Below are positions 41,422 to 52,800 of a stretch of 61,583 bases of DNA, in pieces. Position 1 is the first letter of the stretch. The number at the start of each line of letters is the position of its first letter. Source of the DNA: Candidatus Brocadiia bacterium (lineage in GTDB: Bacteria; Planctomycetota; Brocadiia; SM23-32). The stretch lies in assembly GCA_046538485.1 (NCBI GenBank), contig JBKHIT010000026.1, positions 1 through 61,583 of the forward strand, written 5' to 3'. The notes beneath the pieces are model-generated. The model worked only from the letters and a program-made list of their open reading frames with translations, was not told where the DNA came from and did not search any database. A program made the translations under genes and the position numbers.

Positions 41422-41939
41422 TACTGGGAAGAATTTCACAGGGTCTCGCGCTTCCACCCGGAAACACAGGTGTTCGGCAACGAGTGGAGCGGAGGATACC
41501 ACAAAGGTTCGGTCCACCCGCTGGCGCCGAGTTGTCTCGATTTCCAATGCTGGTACGGGGCGGAGTTTATCCGCCGCGGAATCGGCTTGTACTTCGACAA
41601 CACATTTCCGAAACAGGGCAAGGATCCCCTGACGACGGAAGCGTATCGGATGCCCAACGGGCGCCTGCAGGCGTCGGCCAAGACGATGCTCCGCCGCTTA
41701 GGGTCAGCAATGATCAGTGCAAATGGCTGCTGCTCAAAGGAAACGGCAAAATTGTGGTGCTGTTTTGCACGTGGAACGAGGAAGAGGAAGACCTGAACGT
41801 TAGGATCGATACTAAAGCATTGGATGTTGCAGTTAAGAAAGCTGTGAACGTCGAATCCGACGAAGAACTGAACATCGCCGGGGGGAAATTCAGTTTCGAG
41901 ATGCCGGGATACGGAACCCGAATTTTCCGATGTGAATAA
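41422..41939 (+). pseudogene. Truncated, internally deleted and frameshifted remnant of a DUF6067-like paralogue
   Basis: 41422-41680 translates like 52301-52560 (YWEEF...GLYFDNTFPKQGKDP). 41682-41939, in another frame, is closely similar to 48870-49126 (VSNDQCKWLLLK...EMPGYGTR.FRCE). Confidence 0.85.
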
Positions 41940-42194
41940 GTTCGTGCACGCGTTTTGACATTATGTCTTGTCCATCCGCATCCTGAGCTCAGTGCTCCGG
42001 CCTCCGGGCGAAGTCCAGCCCGGTTGCTGAACTGCTGGTATGTTTTGCTGAATGTTGACAGGCTGGGAAGTTTTTTGGAGCGCCACAACCGGGTCTGTTT
42101 CCCTGGAGTTCAGAACGCGGTTCAATCCCGGGAGGGATCCGAGCAAGACGGCTAACGATCAAATACGAAGTTTCCAGACCAAAAGGAGTAGGAC

Positions 42195-45100
42195 ATGTGT
42201 AAATTCGTTCGCGACGTGTTGAGAAGTTTGTGCAAGGCTAAATGTGTTGTGTTTTCGCTCGCGATTGGCTTTTTGATGATCGGGGTGGCTCACGCTGGCG
42301 ATTCGGTCGCGACGGTATCGTTGATGGAAAAAGCGCCGAAAATCGACGGCAAAATGACGGAAGGCGAATGGGATACGGCCGTTCGGACTGAACCCCTCAT
42401 GGGTTGGCGCCGAATGAAACTTGAACCGCGCCACGCCACCGTCTGGATGGGATACACGAAGAAAAACCTCTACGTTGCCATCGAAAGCGAACTGCGTCCC
42501 ACGGGGCTGATCGCCAAGAAGAAAATGGATGACGGGCGGCTGATCTTCGATTCGGTCGTGGAAATGGCCATCGATCCAAACCGCGACAACCGTGCGTCCG
42601 GGAAGGGTGATCTGAGCTACTATCAGTTCATGGCCAACAGCATCGGGACCACCAAGGACGTTCAGCATGGCCTCGGGGCCTCAAACACCGGCTGGGATTC
42701 CGGGGTGAAAATTGGCAACAGTATTGACGAGAAAAGGGGCGTCTGGGTTGCCGAATATGCGTTTCCCTGGAAGAGTTTCGGCATTAAATCGGCTGAACTC
42801 CCTGGCAAGAACATAGGCCTGGTGGTCGCCCGCGATTTCAAAAATCCCTGGTCGCAGCCGACCTGGATGCCCCAGGGCGCCGCCTTCGCGAGCGTGACCG
42901 AATTTCCCGTCGTGCGCCTGACAGACAACGAACCCGTTGTGCGGATCGAAAACCTGAAACACGATACGTTCATGGGGGAGTCCCCGCTGCAACTGAAAGT
43001 CGTCAACCCGGGACCGGCGCGGAAAGTTAAAATCGATATGCTCATCACTTCCACCGACATGCCAAAGCTCGAAAAGACCGAGACGCTTGATCTTCCGGCC
43101 GGAGGCAGCGCGACGTTTGATTACAAAGTAACCAGGGGGCGTCTGCACAAAAGAGCAACCCATACGTTGAATCTCGTTGTGACGGATCTGAAGACCAACA
43201 CGGTTCTTTTTCGGCACAAGGGCGGTCAATGGAAGGCCCCACCCAAAAAGAAATGGCGTGTACGGACCGGGCCAAACCCCGCGGCCGCCGCGAAAGTCGG
43301 TTATTACCCCTCGAAGAAGATCTTCAAAGCCTGGATCACGCCCGTCGAACTCGGTAATGAGTTCGCCAAAACCCGTTCGGCCAATATAAAAGTCACCGAT
43401 TCGGCCGGTGACGAAATTATGTCGAAAACTTTCACGTGGGATAAAGGCAATACGGGAATTGCAAAATACACGCTGCCCGATATCAGCGACGGTCTTTACA
43501 CGGCGACCATTCAGATTAAGGGTTTCGATGAAGCTATGGTGCGCCACTTCGAGGACCGGACGTTCCCCTGGGAAGACAATACGCTTGGTTTGACCAACGA
43601 GATCTACCCGCCGTTTGAGCCTGTGGAACAAGACGGGAATGACGTCAAGGTCGTTATGCGGAAATACAAGATGAACGGTCTGGGTCTCTGGGATTCGGTG
43701 CAGGCCCGCGGCAACGAAACGGACTACAAAGAGCTGCTGGCTGGGCCGATGACGGTCAAGCTGAGCATGAAATCCGACGCCGTTGATGCGAAAGGACAGG
43801 CACTTGAAGGACTCGGCGGCGTGGTCTCGGCGAAGAAGCACAGTGTGGTCTACCAGGGAGCGGCCGAGCACGACGCGGTTCGCCTTAAAACTCGAACCAT
43901 CACCGAATACGATGGCTGCATGCGGGTGGAGATGGATCTTATGCCCGGCGTTCAGGAAAAAGAGATCAAATCGCTCTGGGTGGACATCCCGATCCGCGAC
44001 GAACTGGCTCCGCTGTTCCACACGACGACTACCGCTCTGCGTTCTAACCCGGCCGGCCAGACGCCGGATGGGAAGGGGCTCTTCTGGGATACTCGCGATT
44101 TCCCCGACGGCGAATGGCCCACGGGTTTCCGCCCCTACATCTGGCTCGGAGCCGAGGAAAGAGGGCTGTGCTGGTTCGCGGACAATGACAAGAACTGGGT
44201 GAAGTACGTGAATTACGAAAAAGGCGAATATGCGCCCGCTTTCAGCATGCACCGCAACGAGGGCGTTCTGACGCTCCGTATTCACCTGGTGCAACGACCC
44301 GTCACATTGCAACGTAAACGGCATATCGTCTTCGGCCTCATGGCCACGCCGGCGAAACCGATGCCGGAGAACTGGCGTGCGATCGGTCGGCCGGAGCGAG
44401 ATAACTTCTACTTCAGCATGGGGCACGTCCACGGGCTCTATCATACCTACGCCAGTAAATACCCCCTGAATTACGACTGGTCGACATTTGACCTGAACTA
44501 TGCCCGGCGGACCGGTCAAAAACTGGAGAGAAGTGCGAAAGAGATCGTGCAAGCGTGGCGTGAACGGAACCTGACGGATAACATTCCGAAGTCGGCCCGT
44601 GAAAAGATCGGCCATCTCGTCGGTCTCGGCTACCGACGCAATCCGCGCGGGCCCATGTCGGTCTATTTCGAGGAATTCCATAGCACCCGGGTTAAAGGGG
44701 GCGCTGAAGCACCGGCGTACTATACGGAATGGACCGGTAAACCATTGCGGGAGGGCTTTTTCAGTGATCCCCCACCCTGGGCCATCCATATGAGCACGGG
44801 AGCGCTTGTGGATAGTTACCGCGATTTTGCCTGCTGGTATGCCGCCGAGTGGCTCAAACGCGGTTACGGCATCTATTTTGACAACAGTTTCCCCAAACGA
44901 TCGATGGATCAGCTGACGACGGCTGCTTACAAGTGGAAAGGGCGAATCGTGCCGTCGGCAGGCATGTGGAACCACCGCAAATATCTCAAGCGTATCTGGA
45001 TCATGCACCAGAAAATGCGCGACCCCAAAGCTCCGCAGGCGATGATGATCCACATGACCAATACCCACATCGCGCCGTACATGGTCTGGAACGAGTACAA

Positions 45101-45626
45101 CCTCGATCTGGAGTGGCGCGGAGGCAAGGACAAGCTCCAAAAACGGTTCGCCACCGATCTTATCCGAACCGAGAGTCTTGGCCTCAAGACAGGTAACGTC
45201 CCGGTTGTTCTCGGATTCTCCGGTGGACCGGCCATGCTCGTCCACGAAATTAAGAGCGGTATTACGGTCAAGGATTACCCCGAGCCGTTCGTGAAATTTG
45301 GTTACGGGAAGCCCGATTGCAAAGTCTATAACTACTGGGACGAAAAACCGCCCATGGAAGTGAGCGATCCATACTGCAAATGGCTCCTGCTGAAACGTGA
45401 CGGCAAACTGCTCGTCTATCTGGTCACCTGGAACGGCGAGGAAAACGAGGTGAAAATCACCCTCGCTCTGCAATGTCTCGGTCTGACCACACATCGCGGA
45501 CGTCGCACAACCGTCTCTCGCGTGGTGGATGCGAAGACGAGCAAGTTGCTGGGTGAACTGAAAAAAGATCATAGTTTCACGATTAACATGGAAGGTTACG
45601 GAGTCCGCGTCCTCAGGGTCGAATAG
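42195..45626 (+). CDS. Secreted CBM9-like + DUF6067/GH123-N-like putative glycan-active protein (paralogue 1)
   Basis: Signal peptide ending AHA; APKIDGKMTEGEW CBM9-like start; core motifs TEYDGCMRV, PYIWLGAEERGLCWFADND, YFEEF, GIYFDN, HMTN, LDLEW. Confidence 0.75.
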   Translation: MCKFVRDVLRSLCKAKCVVFSLAIGFLMIGVAHAGDSVATVSLMEKAPKIDGKMTEGEWDTAVRTEPLMGWRRMKLEPRHATVWMGYTKKNLYVAIESELRPTGLIAKKKMDDGRLIFDSVVEMAIDPNRDNRASGKGDLSYYQFMANSIGTTKDVQHGLGASNTGWDSGVKIGNSIDEKRGVWVAEYAFPWKSFGIKSAELPGKNIGLVVARDFKNPWSQPTWMPQGAAFASVTEFPVVRLTDNEPVVRIENLKHDTFMGESPLQLKVVNPGPARKVKIDMLITSTDMPKLEKTETLDLPAGGSATFDYKVTRGRLHKRATHTLNLVVTDLKTNTVLFRHKGGQWKAPPKKKWRVRTGPNPAAAAKVGYYPSKKIFKAWITPVELGNEFAKTRSANIKVTDSAGDEIMSKTFTWDKGNTGIAKYTLPDISDGLYTATIQIKGFDEAMVRHFEDRTFPWEDNTLGLTNEIYPPFEPVEQDGNDVKVVMRKYKMNGLGLWDSVQARGNETDYKELLAGPMTVKLSMKSDAVDAKGQALEGLGGVVSAKKHSVVYQGAAEHDAVRLKTRTITEYDGCMRVEMDLMPGVQEKEIKSLWVDIPIRDELAPLFHTTTTALRSNPAGQTPDGKGLFWDTRDFPDGEWPTGFRPYIWLGAEERGLCWFADNDKNWVKYVNYEKGEYAPAFSMHRNEGVLTLRIHLVQRPVTLQRKRHIVFGLMATPAKPMPENWRAIGRPERDNFYFSMGHVHGLYHTYASKYPLNYDWSTFDLNYARRTGQKLERSAKEIVQAWRERNLTDNIPKSAREKIGHLVGLGYRRNPRGPMSVYFEEFHSTRVKGGAEAPAYYTEWTGKPLREGFFSDPPPWAIHMSTGALVDSYRDFACWYAAEWLKRGYGIYFDNSFPKRSMDQLTTAAYKWKGRIVPSAGMWNHRKYLKRIWIMHQKMRDPKAPQAMMIHMTNTHIAPYMVWNEYNLDLEWRGGKDKLQKRFATDLIRTESLGLKTGNVPVVLGFSGGPAMLVHEIKSGITVKDYPEPFVKFGYGKPDCKVYNYWDEKPPMEVSDPYCKWLLLKRDGKLLVYLVTWNGEENEVKITLALQCLGLTTHRGRRTTVSRVVDAKTSKLLGELKKDHSFTINMEGYGVRVLRVE

Positions 45627-45676
45627 CTGGCCTCGTGTCGTGTGACAATTGATTTTATCGATTGTAGCGCGACGAC

Positions 45677-45766
45677 GAGATTACTTCGTCTTCGGCTCGC
45701 AATGACAGAGAATGCTATTGAAACGTCATTGCGAGGAGCCCTTCGTTTGGGCAACGTCGCAATCTC
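45677..45766. repeat. GTCATTGCGAG/GCAATCTC palindromic REP-like element
   Basis: GAGATTACTTCGTC..CTCGCAATGAC ... GTCATTGCGAGG..GCAATCTC; a related copy lies at 60905-61009. Confidence 0.75.
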
Positions 45767-45915
45767 ACGGTTCTACCCGCGAGATCGACTGTTATGAACT
45801 GGTTAGCGGTTTCGTTGAGGTGTCCCAAAGTTTTTGGCGAGAAAGTTATCGGACCAGAAACCCATTATCTGAGCTGAAGGCCCGCCATAAATTCGCTTCC
45901 AAAATACCGTATCAG

Positions 45916-45966
45916 GAGCGGGCTGGACTTCAGTACCGCTTCGCGGGGCTGGAGTTCAGAACGCGG
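45916..45966 (+). repeat. Dispersed hairpin element CTGGACTTCAG...CTGGAGTTCAGAACGCGG
   Basis: Other copies at 38902-38947 and 61459-61513 (opposite strand), plus a half copy at 42103-42120. Confidence 0.8.
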
Positions 45967-46030
45967 CCCGGAAACCGGCTGGTTTCGCGGCAGAGCGCTG
46001 GGCCGGTGTTTGGGCGGCCCCGCGACTGCG

Positions 46031-46310
46031 AGGGCGAACGACAAACGGCAGGTCCGGCTCGGCGATCCGGACCTACAGCTCTCGAATATTTTCTGAAGTC
46101 GCAGCCGTTCCTGGTCTTTGGAATTTTTCAGAGTCTACCCCGTCCTCACGTATCCGGGACGCGACGTCGATGTAGAGCCTGATCGCCGAGCGCGCCCTGC
46201 CGTTTTGCGAAAAAGATGGCCAACAAGCACCAAACACTGGATTGCCTGGCCACGCGATTTTGGAGACATATGTTAAGATGTTGTGTGAGTGATCTCAGGG
46301 ACAAAACCTG
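46031..46310 (-). repeat. ~280 bp element, left inverted copy
   Basis: Its reverse complement aligns nearly gap-free with 49243-49522 and contains two divergent GTAG-type REP hairpins. Confidence 0.85.
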
Positions 46311-46342
46311 AGAGGCAAAAGTTGTCTCAGAGAGGAAGAAAA

Positions 46343-49126
46343 ATGCCCAAACCAATTCCATTCCTGTTTATTGTCGTGCTGAGTGCTGTGGTGATAGGAG
46401 AAGTCTTCGGCGAATCACTGAACCTCGAAGCCCACTACTATCCATCATACGGACAAATCCAGCTGGAACTGAGCCAGAACCTATTCAAAACACCCGACGG
46501 GAAACCGGGCTTGCGCGCGGTCTATTACAACAACATCAAGACAAAAGGAAAACCCGTAACCTCCCGTGTGGAAGTTTTTCCAAAACTCGATAAACGGTTT
46601 GCCCACAAACACGTCGGAGCCGACAACTATTCCATCAGCTGGCGAGGAACGTTCGGTCCCGTCCCGCAAACGGGCGTCTATGAGCTGAGTACCGTGACCG
46701 ATGACGGTGTTCGCGCCTGGGTTGGCGAGAAGAAGATTATCAGTGACTGGCGACCGCACCCGCCGGCCCCGAACACCGGTCGAATCCGGCTGGAGAAAGG
46801 TCAAACGGTCAAATTCCGGATCGATTTTTTCGAGAAAGGCGGCGGCGATACGTTTCGTGCGAAATGGGGGCTCAGCAAGGCCGAAGGGGACGCTGATGAC
46901 GCCGACGTTTTGAAAACGGCTGTTTTCGAACTCATCGCAGAAGACGGGAAAAAGCTCCATTCGCGAAAGATAAAATATGCGCCCGGCGGCGATAAAGTGA
47001 TGGTCGAGGTCGGGGATCTCCCCGCCGGGCGGCACACGGTCCGCGTAGCGCCCGAAGGAGACGCGGAGGCCGGGGAAACCAGTATCATGCGAGAATACTT
47101 CCCCTGGGAAGGCAACCGGTTCGGAATCACGAACAAAATTTATCCTCCGTTCGAACCGATCAAGATCAAAGACGATACACTTCAGGTCGTCATGCGAAAG
47201 TATACGGTGGGCGGTCTTGGGTTCTGGCAATCCGTTCAGGCACGCGGCAACGAAACCGACTACAAAGAGCTACTTGCGGCGCCGATGCGGCTGGTGGCCA
47301 ACGGAAAACCGCTGGAGGGAGAGGGAAAGTTTAGCAGCACTGCACCTCACAGAGCCATCTACGAGGGAAAAGCCACCGGCCCGGCGGTCACTGTCGAAAG
47401 CAGGGCGATAAGCGAGTACGACGGTTGTATGCGGGTGGAACTGACGCTGCGACCGGGCGCAGGGAAAGAACAGCTACAATCCCTGAGTCTTGCCATTCCA
47501 ATCAAGGATGAGATGGCGCCTTTGTGGCATCTTTGTACGATGGGAATCCGGGGAAACCCGGCCGGCCGAACCCCAGAGGGCAAGGGGCAGTTCTGGCAGA
47601 CCAGGGGTCAATATGGCACGATGCGTCCGCACGGCAACCGTCAGCGTCGCGGGAACTGGGAACCGTACATCTGGCTGGGCGCCGAGGAACGCGGGCTGGC
47701 CTGGTTCGCCGATAACGATGCCGGCTGGGTGCCGGATTACAAGAACAAAAAGCCTGCGCTGACGATGGAGCGCAAAGAGGGTGTACTGACTCTGCGCGTT
47801 CATCTGGTGCAAAAACCGGTTGTGCTGGAGGAGCCGCGGACCATTGTGTTCGGTCTGATGGGGTCACCCGCGAAACCAATGCCCGAAAACTGGCGCAACA
47901 TCGTGCTTGGAAACATGTGGAAATACAGCGGATCCCTGCCCGGGTACCGGAAATTCGACTGGATGGGGTCGCAGTACTGGGGTTCGAATGAATACTTTTC
48001 GGCAAAATACCCCGTCAACAAAGATTTCAGCGTGCTCGACAAAATGCAGGAGGCCTGGTTGGGTAAACCGGGTAACTTCAAAGAATACCTGCGTATCTGG
48101 TCGGATCGTAATCTAGGCGATGCCTATCCGGGGGGCGGTCACGGTCAGGAACAGACCCGGAAGCTGGTCCAGGTTTCCCTCCAGTGGGCTCGACGTGTCC
48201 CCGGTGATATGACCGTTTACTGGGAGGAATTCGTGAAGGTCACTGGCACTCATCCGGAGATGCGGACGTTCCGGTGGGAATGGACCGGTGGCAACGGACA
48301 TACCCCGAACATCTGCCGGAGCTACCGTGATTTTGCGTGCTGGTTCGGCGCGGAATTCCTCCGGCGGGGCATCGGCCTGTATTTCGACAACACGTTCATG
48401 GAACCAGCGTTCGATCCCGTGACTACGACCGCGTACCGGCACGAGGACGGTTACGTGCAGCCGACGGCCGGTATCTGGGCAAGACGGGCGTATTTGAAGC
48501 GCATCTGGACGCTTCACAGGCAACTCCCACCCGAAAAAATGCATCCGCGGATGACATTGCACATGACAAACACGCAGATTCTTCCCTATATGGTCTGGAA
48601 CGATTCAAACCTCGATCTGGAATGGCACTACCAGGTTTTACCCCGCCAGAAAGCATTCAGACCCGACCTGATGCGGGCCGAATCGCTTGGCCTGCAGACC
48701 GGCAACATTCCGCAGGCTCTGGCAAAGAACCGGAAGGAAATCAGTCATTTCGGTACGCTGATGGTGCATGAAATCCGTTCGTGGTTTGTCAACCCGCGGG
48801 CCCGCGATATGCTGCAGAAGATGCTGGAGTTCGGGTACGGACGTGGGGCTCGCGTGATCAATTACTGGGATGAAGATGTCCCGCTTATGGTCAGCAATGA
48901 TCAGTGCAAATGGCTTCTGCTCAAACGAAACGGAAAAATTATGGTACTGTTTTGCACGTGGAATGAGAAAGCGGAAGACCTGACCGCCAAGATCGATACC
49001 AGGGCTCTGGAGATTGCGCCAAAGAAAGCCGTGAACGTGGAATCCGACGAACAACTGAACATCTCCGGGGGGAAATTCAGTTTTGAGATGCCGGGATACG
49101 GAACCCGGCTTTTCCGATGTGAATGA
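46343..49126 (+). CDS. Secreted PA14 + DUF6067/GH123-N-like protein (paralogue 2)
   Basis: ATG 46343 followed by a signal peptide (ORF track starts 46289); PA14 motifs (GLRAVYY, YSISWRG, TDDGVR, FFEKGGG); same core motifs as the neighbouring paralogues. Confidence 0.78.
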   Translation: MPKPIPFLFIVVLSAVVIGEVFGESLNLEAHYYPSYGQIQLELSQNLFKTPDGKPGLRAVYYNNIKTKGKPVTSRVEVFPKLDKRFAHKHVGADNYSISWRGTFGPVPQTGVYELSTVTDDGVRAWVGEKKIISDWRPHPPAPNTGRIRLEKGQTVKFRIDFFEKGGGDTFRAKWGLSKAEGDADDADVLKTAVFELIAEDGKKLHSRKIKYAPGGDKVMVEVGDLPAGRHTVRVAPEGDAEAGETSIMREYFPWEGNRFGITNKIYPPFEPIKIKDDTLQVVMRKYTVGGLGFWQSVQARGNETDYKELLAAPMRLVANGKPLEGEGKFSSTAPHRAIYEGKATGPAVTVESRAISEYDGCMRVELTLRPGAGKEQLQSLSLAIPIKDEMAPLWHLCTMGIRGNPAGRTPEGKGQFWQTRGQYGTMRPHGNRQRRGNWEPYIWLGAEERGLAWFADNDAGWVPDYKNKKPALTMERKEGVLTLRVHLVQKPVVLEEPRTIVFGLMGSPAKPMPENWRNIVLGNMWKYSGSLPGYRKFDWMGSQYWGSNEYFSAKYPVNKDFSVLDKMQEAWLGKPGNFKEYLRIWSDRNLGDAYPGGGHGQEQTRKLVQVSLQWARRVPGDMTVYWEEFVKVTGTHPEMRTFRWEWTGGNGHTPNICRSYRDFACWFGAEFLRRGIGLYFDNTFMEPAFDPVTTTAYRHEDGYVQPTAGIWARRAYLKRIWTLHRQLPPEKMHPRMTLHMTNTQILPYMVWNDSNLDLEWHYQVLPRQKAFRPDLMRAESLGLQTGNIPQALAKNRKEISHFGTLMVHEIRSWFVNPRARDMLQKMLEFGYGRGARVINYWDEDVPLMVSNDQCKWLLLKRNGKIMVLFCTWNEKAEDLTAKIDTRALEIAPKKAVNVESDEQLNISGGKFSFEMPGYGTRLFRCE

Positions 49127-49242
49127 GTTCGAGCACATGTTTTGACATTATGCTGCATTGCTGGCAATTTTCGCCGGGTATTGACAAACCGGGAAGTTGT
49201 GCGTGTTCCGAGGACGGCCAGGGGAACTCGGATAAGTCTTGC

Positions 49243-49522
49243 CGGGTTTTGCCCCTGAGTTCACTTACACAAATTTTTAACGTATGGCACGACGCTCGGG
49301 TGACCGTACAATTCAGTGTTTGTTGCTTGTTGGCCATGTTTTCCGAAAAACGGCAGGGCGCGCTCGGCGATCACGCCCTACATCTACGTTGCCTCCCGGA
49401 TACGTGAGGCCGGGGTATATTCCGGGAAGTTTCAAAGACCAAGAACCGGCGCGATTTTGGACAATGCCCGAGAGCTGTAGGTCCGCATCGCCGAGGCGGA
49501 CCTGCCGTTGGGTATTCGCCTT
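49243..49522 (+). repeat. ~280 bp element, right inverted copy
   Basis: Contains ACGGCAGGGCGCGCTCGGCGATCACGCCCTAC and GTAGGTCCGCATCGCCGAGGCGGACCTGCCGT; inverted relative to 46031-46310. Confidence 0.85.
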
Positions 49523-49582
49523 TATCTACAATACCCGTTACGGTGCATGGTTCGCACAGGTGCGCCGATCAGCGGATGATGT

Positions 49583-49732
49583 GGGCGCCGGCGCGACAGA
49601 TAAAAGCCCGGGGAGGAATGGCCTGTAAGACCATGAAGCCCCGGGATCGAGGAATCGCAGGAGACAATGAGCTCGGAAGGAGCGACACAATTATCTCGCT
49701 GCGAGAGAAAATTGTTGAACCAGGTGAAAGCG
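49583..49732 (+). repeat. Structured leader-region repeat, copy 1
   Basis: Similar to 53391-53545, with an identical 20-mer GAAGGAGCGACACAATTATC. Confidence 0.7.
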
Positions 49733-49816
49733 TTTCGCGCGGGAGTTTTTGAAATAGGACTGCCGAATCTAAAAAAGGATGTTGAGACGATCGGATAACA
49801 AAGTTTAAGGAGCCAG

Positions 49817-52800
49817 ATGAAGATGGAAAGCAAAAGGCGATGGTTCGTGGTGAGTGTGTTTCTTATGGCGGTTACGGTCCTCAATGCCCGAGCGGCCAGC
49901 GACAATATCGCGACGGTCAGTCGTTTTGAAACACCGCCGACGATCGACGGGAAAATTGAAGATGGCGAATGGAACGGTGCAGTGCGCACAACCGGTTTTC
50001 TCTCCCTGAAAGGCAACTGGTTGGAGAAAGGTATGGGTGCGGCATACGTGGGTTTCACGCGCAAAAAACTCTACGTGGCGCTCGTGACCGAACTTCCCCC
50101 GGACCAGGAACTGGGAGCCGGCAAGACGGCACGGGATTCGAAACTGATTTTTCAGGATAGTTTTGAATTATGGCTGAACCCCTACAAAAAGACCGATAAA
50201 GGCTGGGAAGCGGGGGGGACGTATTTTCAGACGATGGGGATCTCCAACGGCACGATATCCGATACCAAATTCACCGGCAAAGGTGCTCCCGACAAAGGGT
50301 GGAACGGCAACTGGAAATTCGAAAATGGAATCCACAAAAAGGTCGAGGAGGGACCGAGCTGGGCGAAACGTCACGGCATCTGGGTGGCTGAGCTGAGCAT
50401 TCCTTTCGCGGACCTGGGGTGGGAAGGCGATCCGACGGGGCGTTCCATCGGTGTGCTTATCTGCCGCAATTTCAAACGCGCCCACGGATGGAAACAACCC
50501 ACCTGGTTCCCTCACAAAGGGTCGTTTGCAAGCTGGTTCGAATACCCGGAAATCAAACTGACTGAAAACGCACCATCGGTACAGATCGAAAAACTCGGAG
50601 AAAAAGTTCTCGAAGGCCAGATCCAGCTCCGGGCGCGTATCTACAATCCCGGTCCCAAACGCAAAGCGAACGTTAATCTGAATATCACTTCGTCCGATAT
50701 GCCGGGGCTGAAAGAGGAGAAAACGATCGATTTGCCCGCCGAAGGCTCCGCTGCGTACGAATATAAGGTTTCGGAGGGCCGTCTGCATGCCACGGCACAG
50801 CATCGATTGGGACTCGAAGTGGCATCTGCCGACGGGAAGTCTCAGTATTTCAAGTATTTCATGCGCATCAAGCAACGCGGTGATTTCTGGAATGTTCACA
50901 TGGGACCGAACCCGGCCGCGGCGGTGCGCCTGGCCTATTATCCGTCCTACAGGTTCATACGTCTCCGCATCGATCCGACGGAATTGGAGAAGGAAGCGGT
51001 GGATATCAAGAAAGCGACGGTTAAGCTGGAGGATTCCGAGGGCGAAGTTTTGCTGGAAAAACCCATGGAATGGGAGAAAGCTCCGGCCGAAGAAAAGTTT
51101 GAGGTTGGTAAACTCCCGGATGGTGAATATACGGCTGTCATTGAACTGGCCAATTACGATAAACGTGTCTTCAAACGCACCTTCCGGCGCACACATTTTG
51201 TATGGGAGAACAATCGCCTCGGAATAACTAAAAAGGTGTATCCTCCTTTCGAACCTATGGAAGTTGAGGGCGACCATGTGGAAGTTGTGATGCGCCGTCT
51301 CAAGCAGGATGGTCTGGGACTGTGGTCTTCCGTGCAGGCACGCGGAAATGAGTCTTCTTTCCGGGAGCTTCTGGCCGCTCCGATGCGGTTCATGGTCGGG
51401 GATCAGCCGCTCGAGGGTAAAGGTGAATTCACCTCTACCGCCGCCCACAAAGTCGTTTATGAAGGTGAAGCTTCCCATCGAGCCGCGAGCGTCCAGACGC
51501 GTTGCACGACCGAATACGATGGTTGTATGAAAGTTGAACTCACTTTGAAACCCGGAAACGATGGGGAAAAACTCCCTTCCCTCTCGCTGGATATTCCGCT
51601 GAGGGATGAAATGGTCCGACTGTGGCACGGCACCACGACCGGCCTGCGTCGCAATCCCGTCGGTGCCATTCCGGAGGGTGAGGGACGGATCTGGGATAGC
51701 CGGGATTTTCCGGACGGCGAATGGTATGGCAATTTCCACCCTTACCTGTGGGTCGGGGCGGAAGAACGCGGGATGGGCTGGTTCGCCGATAACGATAAGG
51801 GCTGGGTGCTGAAAGTGGAAGACGGGAAATTTGCTCCTTCCCAGGAACTGATCCGGGAAGACGGTGTGCTGATCATGCGAATTAATCTCGTTCAGAAACC
51901 CATCGAACTCGAAGGGACCCGCAAAATTGTGTTCGGTCTGATGGCCAGCCCCGGCAAACCTCTTCCCGAAAACTGGCGAAAGATTCTGTTTCAGCGTCGA
52001 TACAAAGACTACCCGACCATCTACTGGCAGGGATCCACCTACTGGGGGTGCGCCGAAAGCATGTCTGAGACGTACCCGCTGGGCGGTGATATGAGCACAC
52101 TGAATAAAATGCAGGAGGCCCGGCTGACCGGTGACAGGAACGTTTACCGGCCTTTCATTGGAGCGTGGTCAAAACGCCACCTGGAAGGTGAATGGCCGAA
52201 ATCGGGTCGTAAACTCAAGACGCCCGAGCAGGCGAAGAAACTCGCCATCCATTCTATCAGGCATGCCGCCAGTGCCGGGCAAAACGATTTCTTGAACGTT
52301 TACTGGGAGGAATTTCATGGCGTTTCGCGCAACCACCCGGAGACGCAGGTATTTAAAAACGAATGGAGTGGGCGCTACGGCTACGGCGGCGTGCACCCGC
52401 TCGCGCCGAGTTACCTTGATTTCCAGTGCTGGTACGGCGCTGAATTCATCCGTCGCGGGATCGGACTTTACTTCGATAATACATTCCCCAAGCAGGGCAA
52501 AGATCCGGTCACAACCAACGCCTACCGGTTGCCCAACGGTTCCATCCAGGCCTCCGCCAACATGTGGCGGCACAGGGAATATCTGAAGCGAATCTGGGTT
52601 CTGCACCAGCAACTTGCCCCCGCCAAAACCAAACCCATCATGATGTTGCACATGACCAATTCACACGTTCTTCCGTACATGGTCTTTAACCAGTCAAATC
52701 TCGATCTTGAATGGTTCTACGGGCCGGATCCGCAGCAGTCGAAATACGATCATGCGCTTCTGCGGGCGGAGAGCCTTGGCCGGCAGACGGGAAGTATCCC

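Noticed and set aside
41422..41939. Diversity-generating retroelement template repeat for the paralogue 3' ends
   Set aside because: Differences from 52301-52560 and 48870-49126 involve all bases and are largely synonymous rather than adenine-specific, and no reverse transcriptase is in the window.
42681..45572. 963-aa minus-strand ORF (also 50168-51739, 2675-4129, 55522-56691 and the plus-strand 11646-12701)
   Set aside because: These are antisense shadows of well-supported genes, expected from codon bias, and show no recognisable motifs.
46146..49407. Small homologous ORFs 46146-46361(-) and 49123-49407(+) as a peptide family
   Set aside because: The similarity is explained by the DNA inverted repeat; the starts are not equivalent and the frames overlap neighbouring genes.
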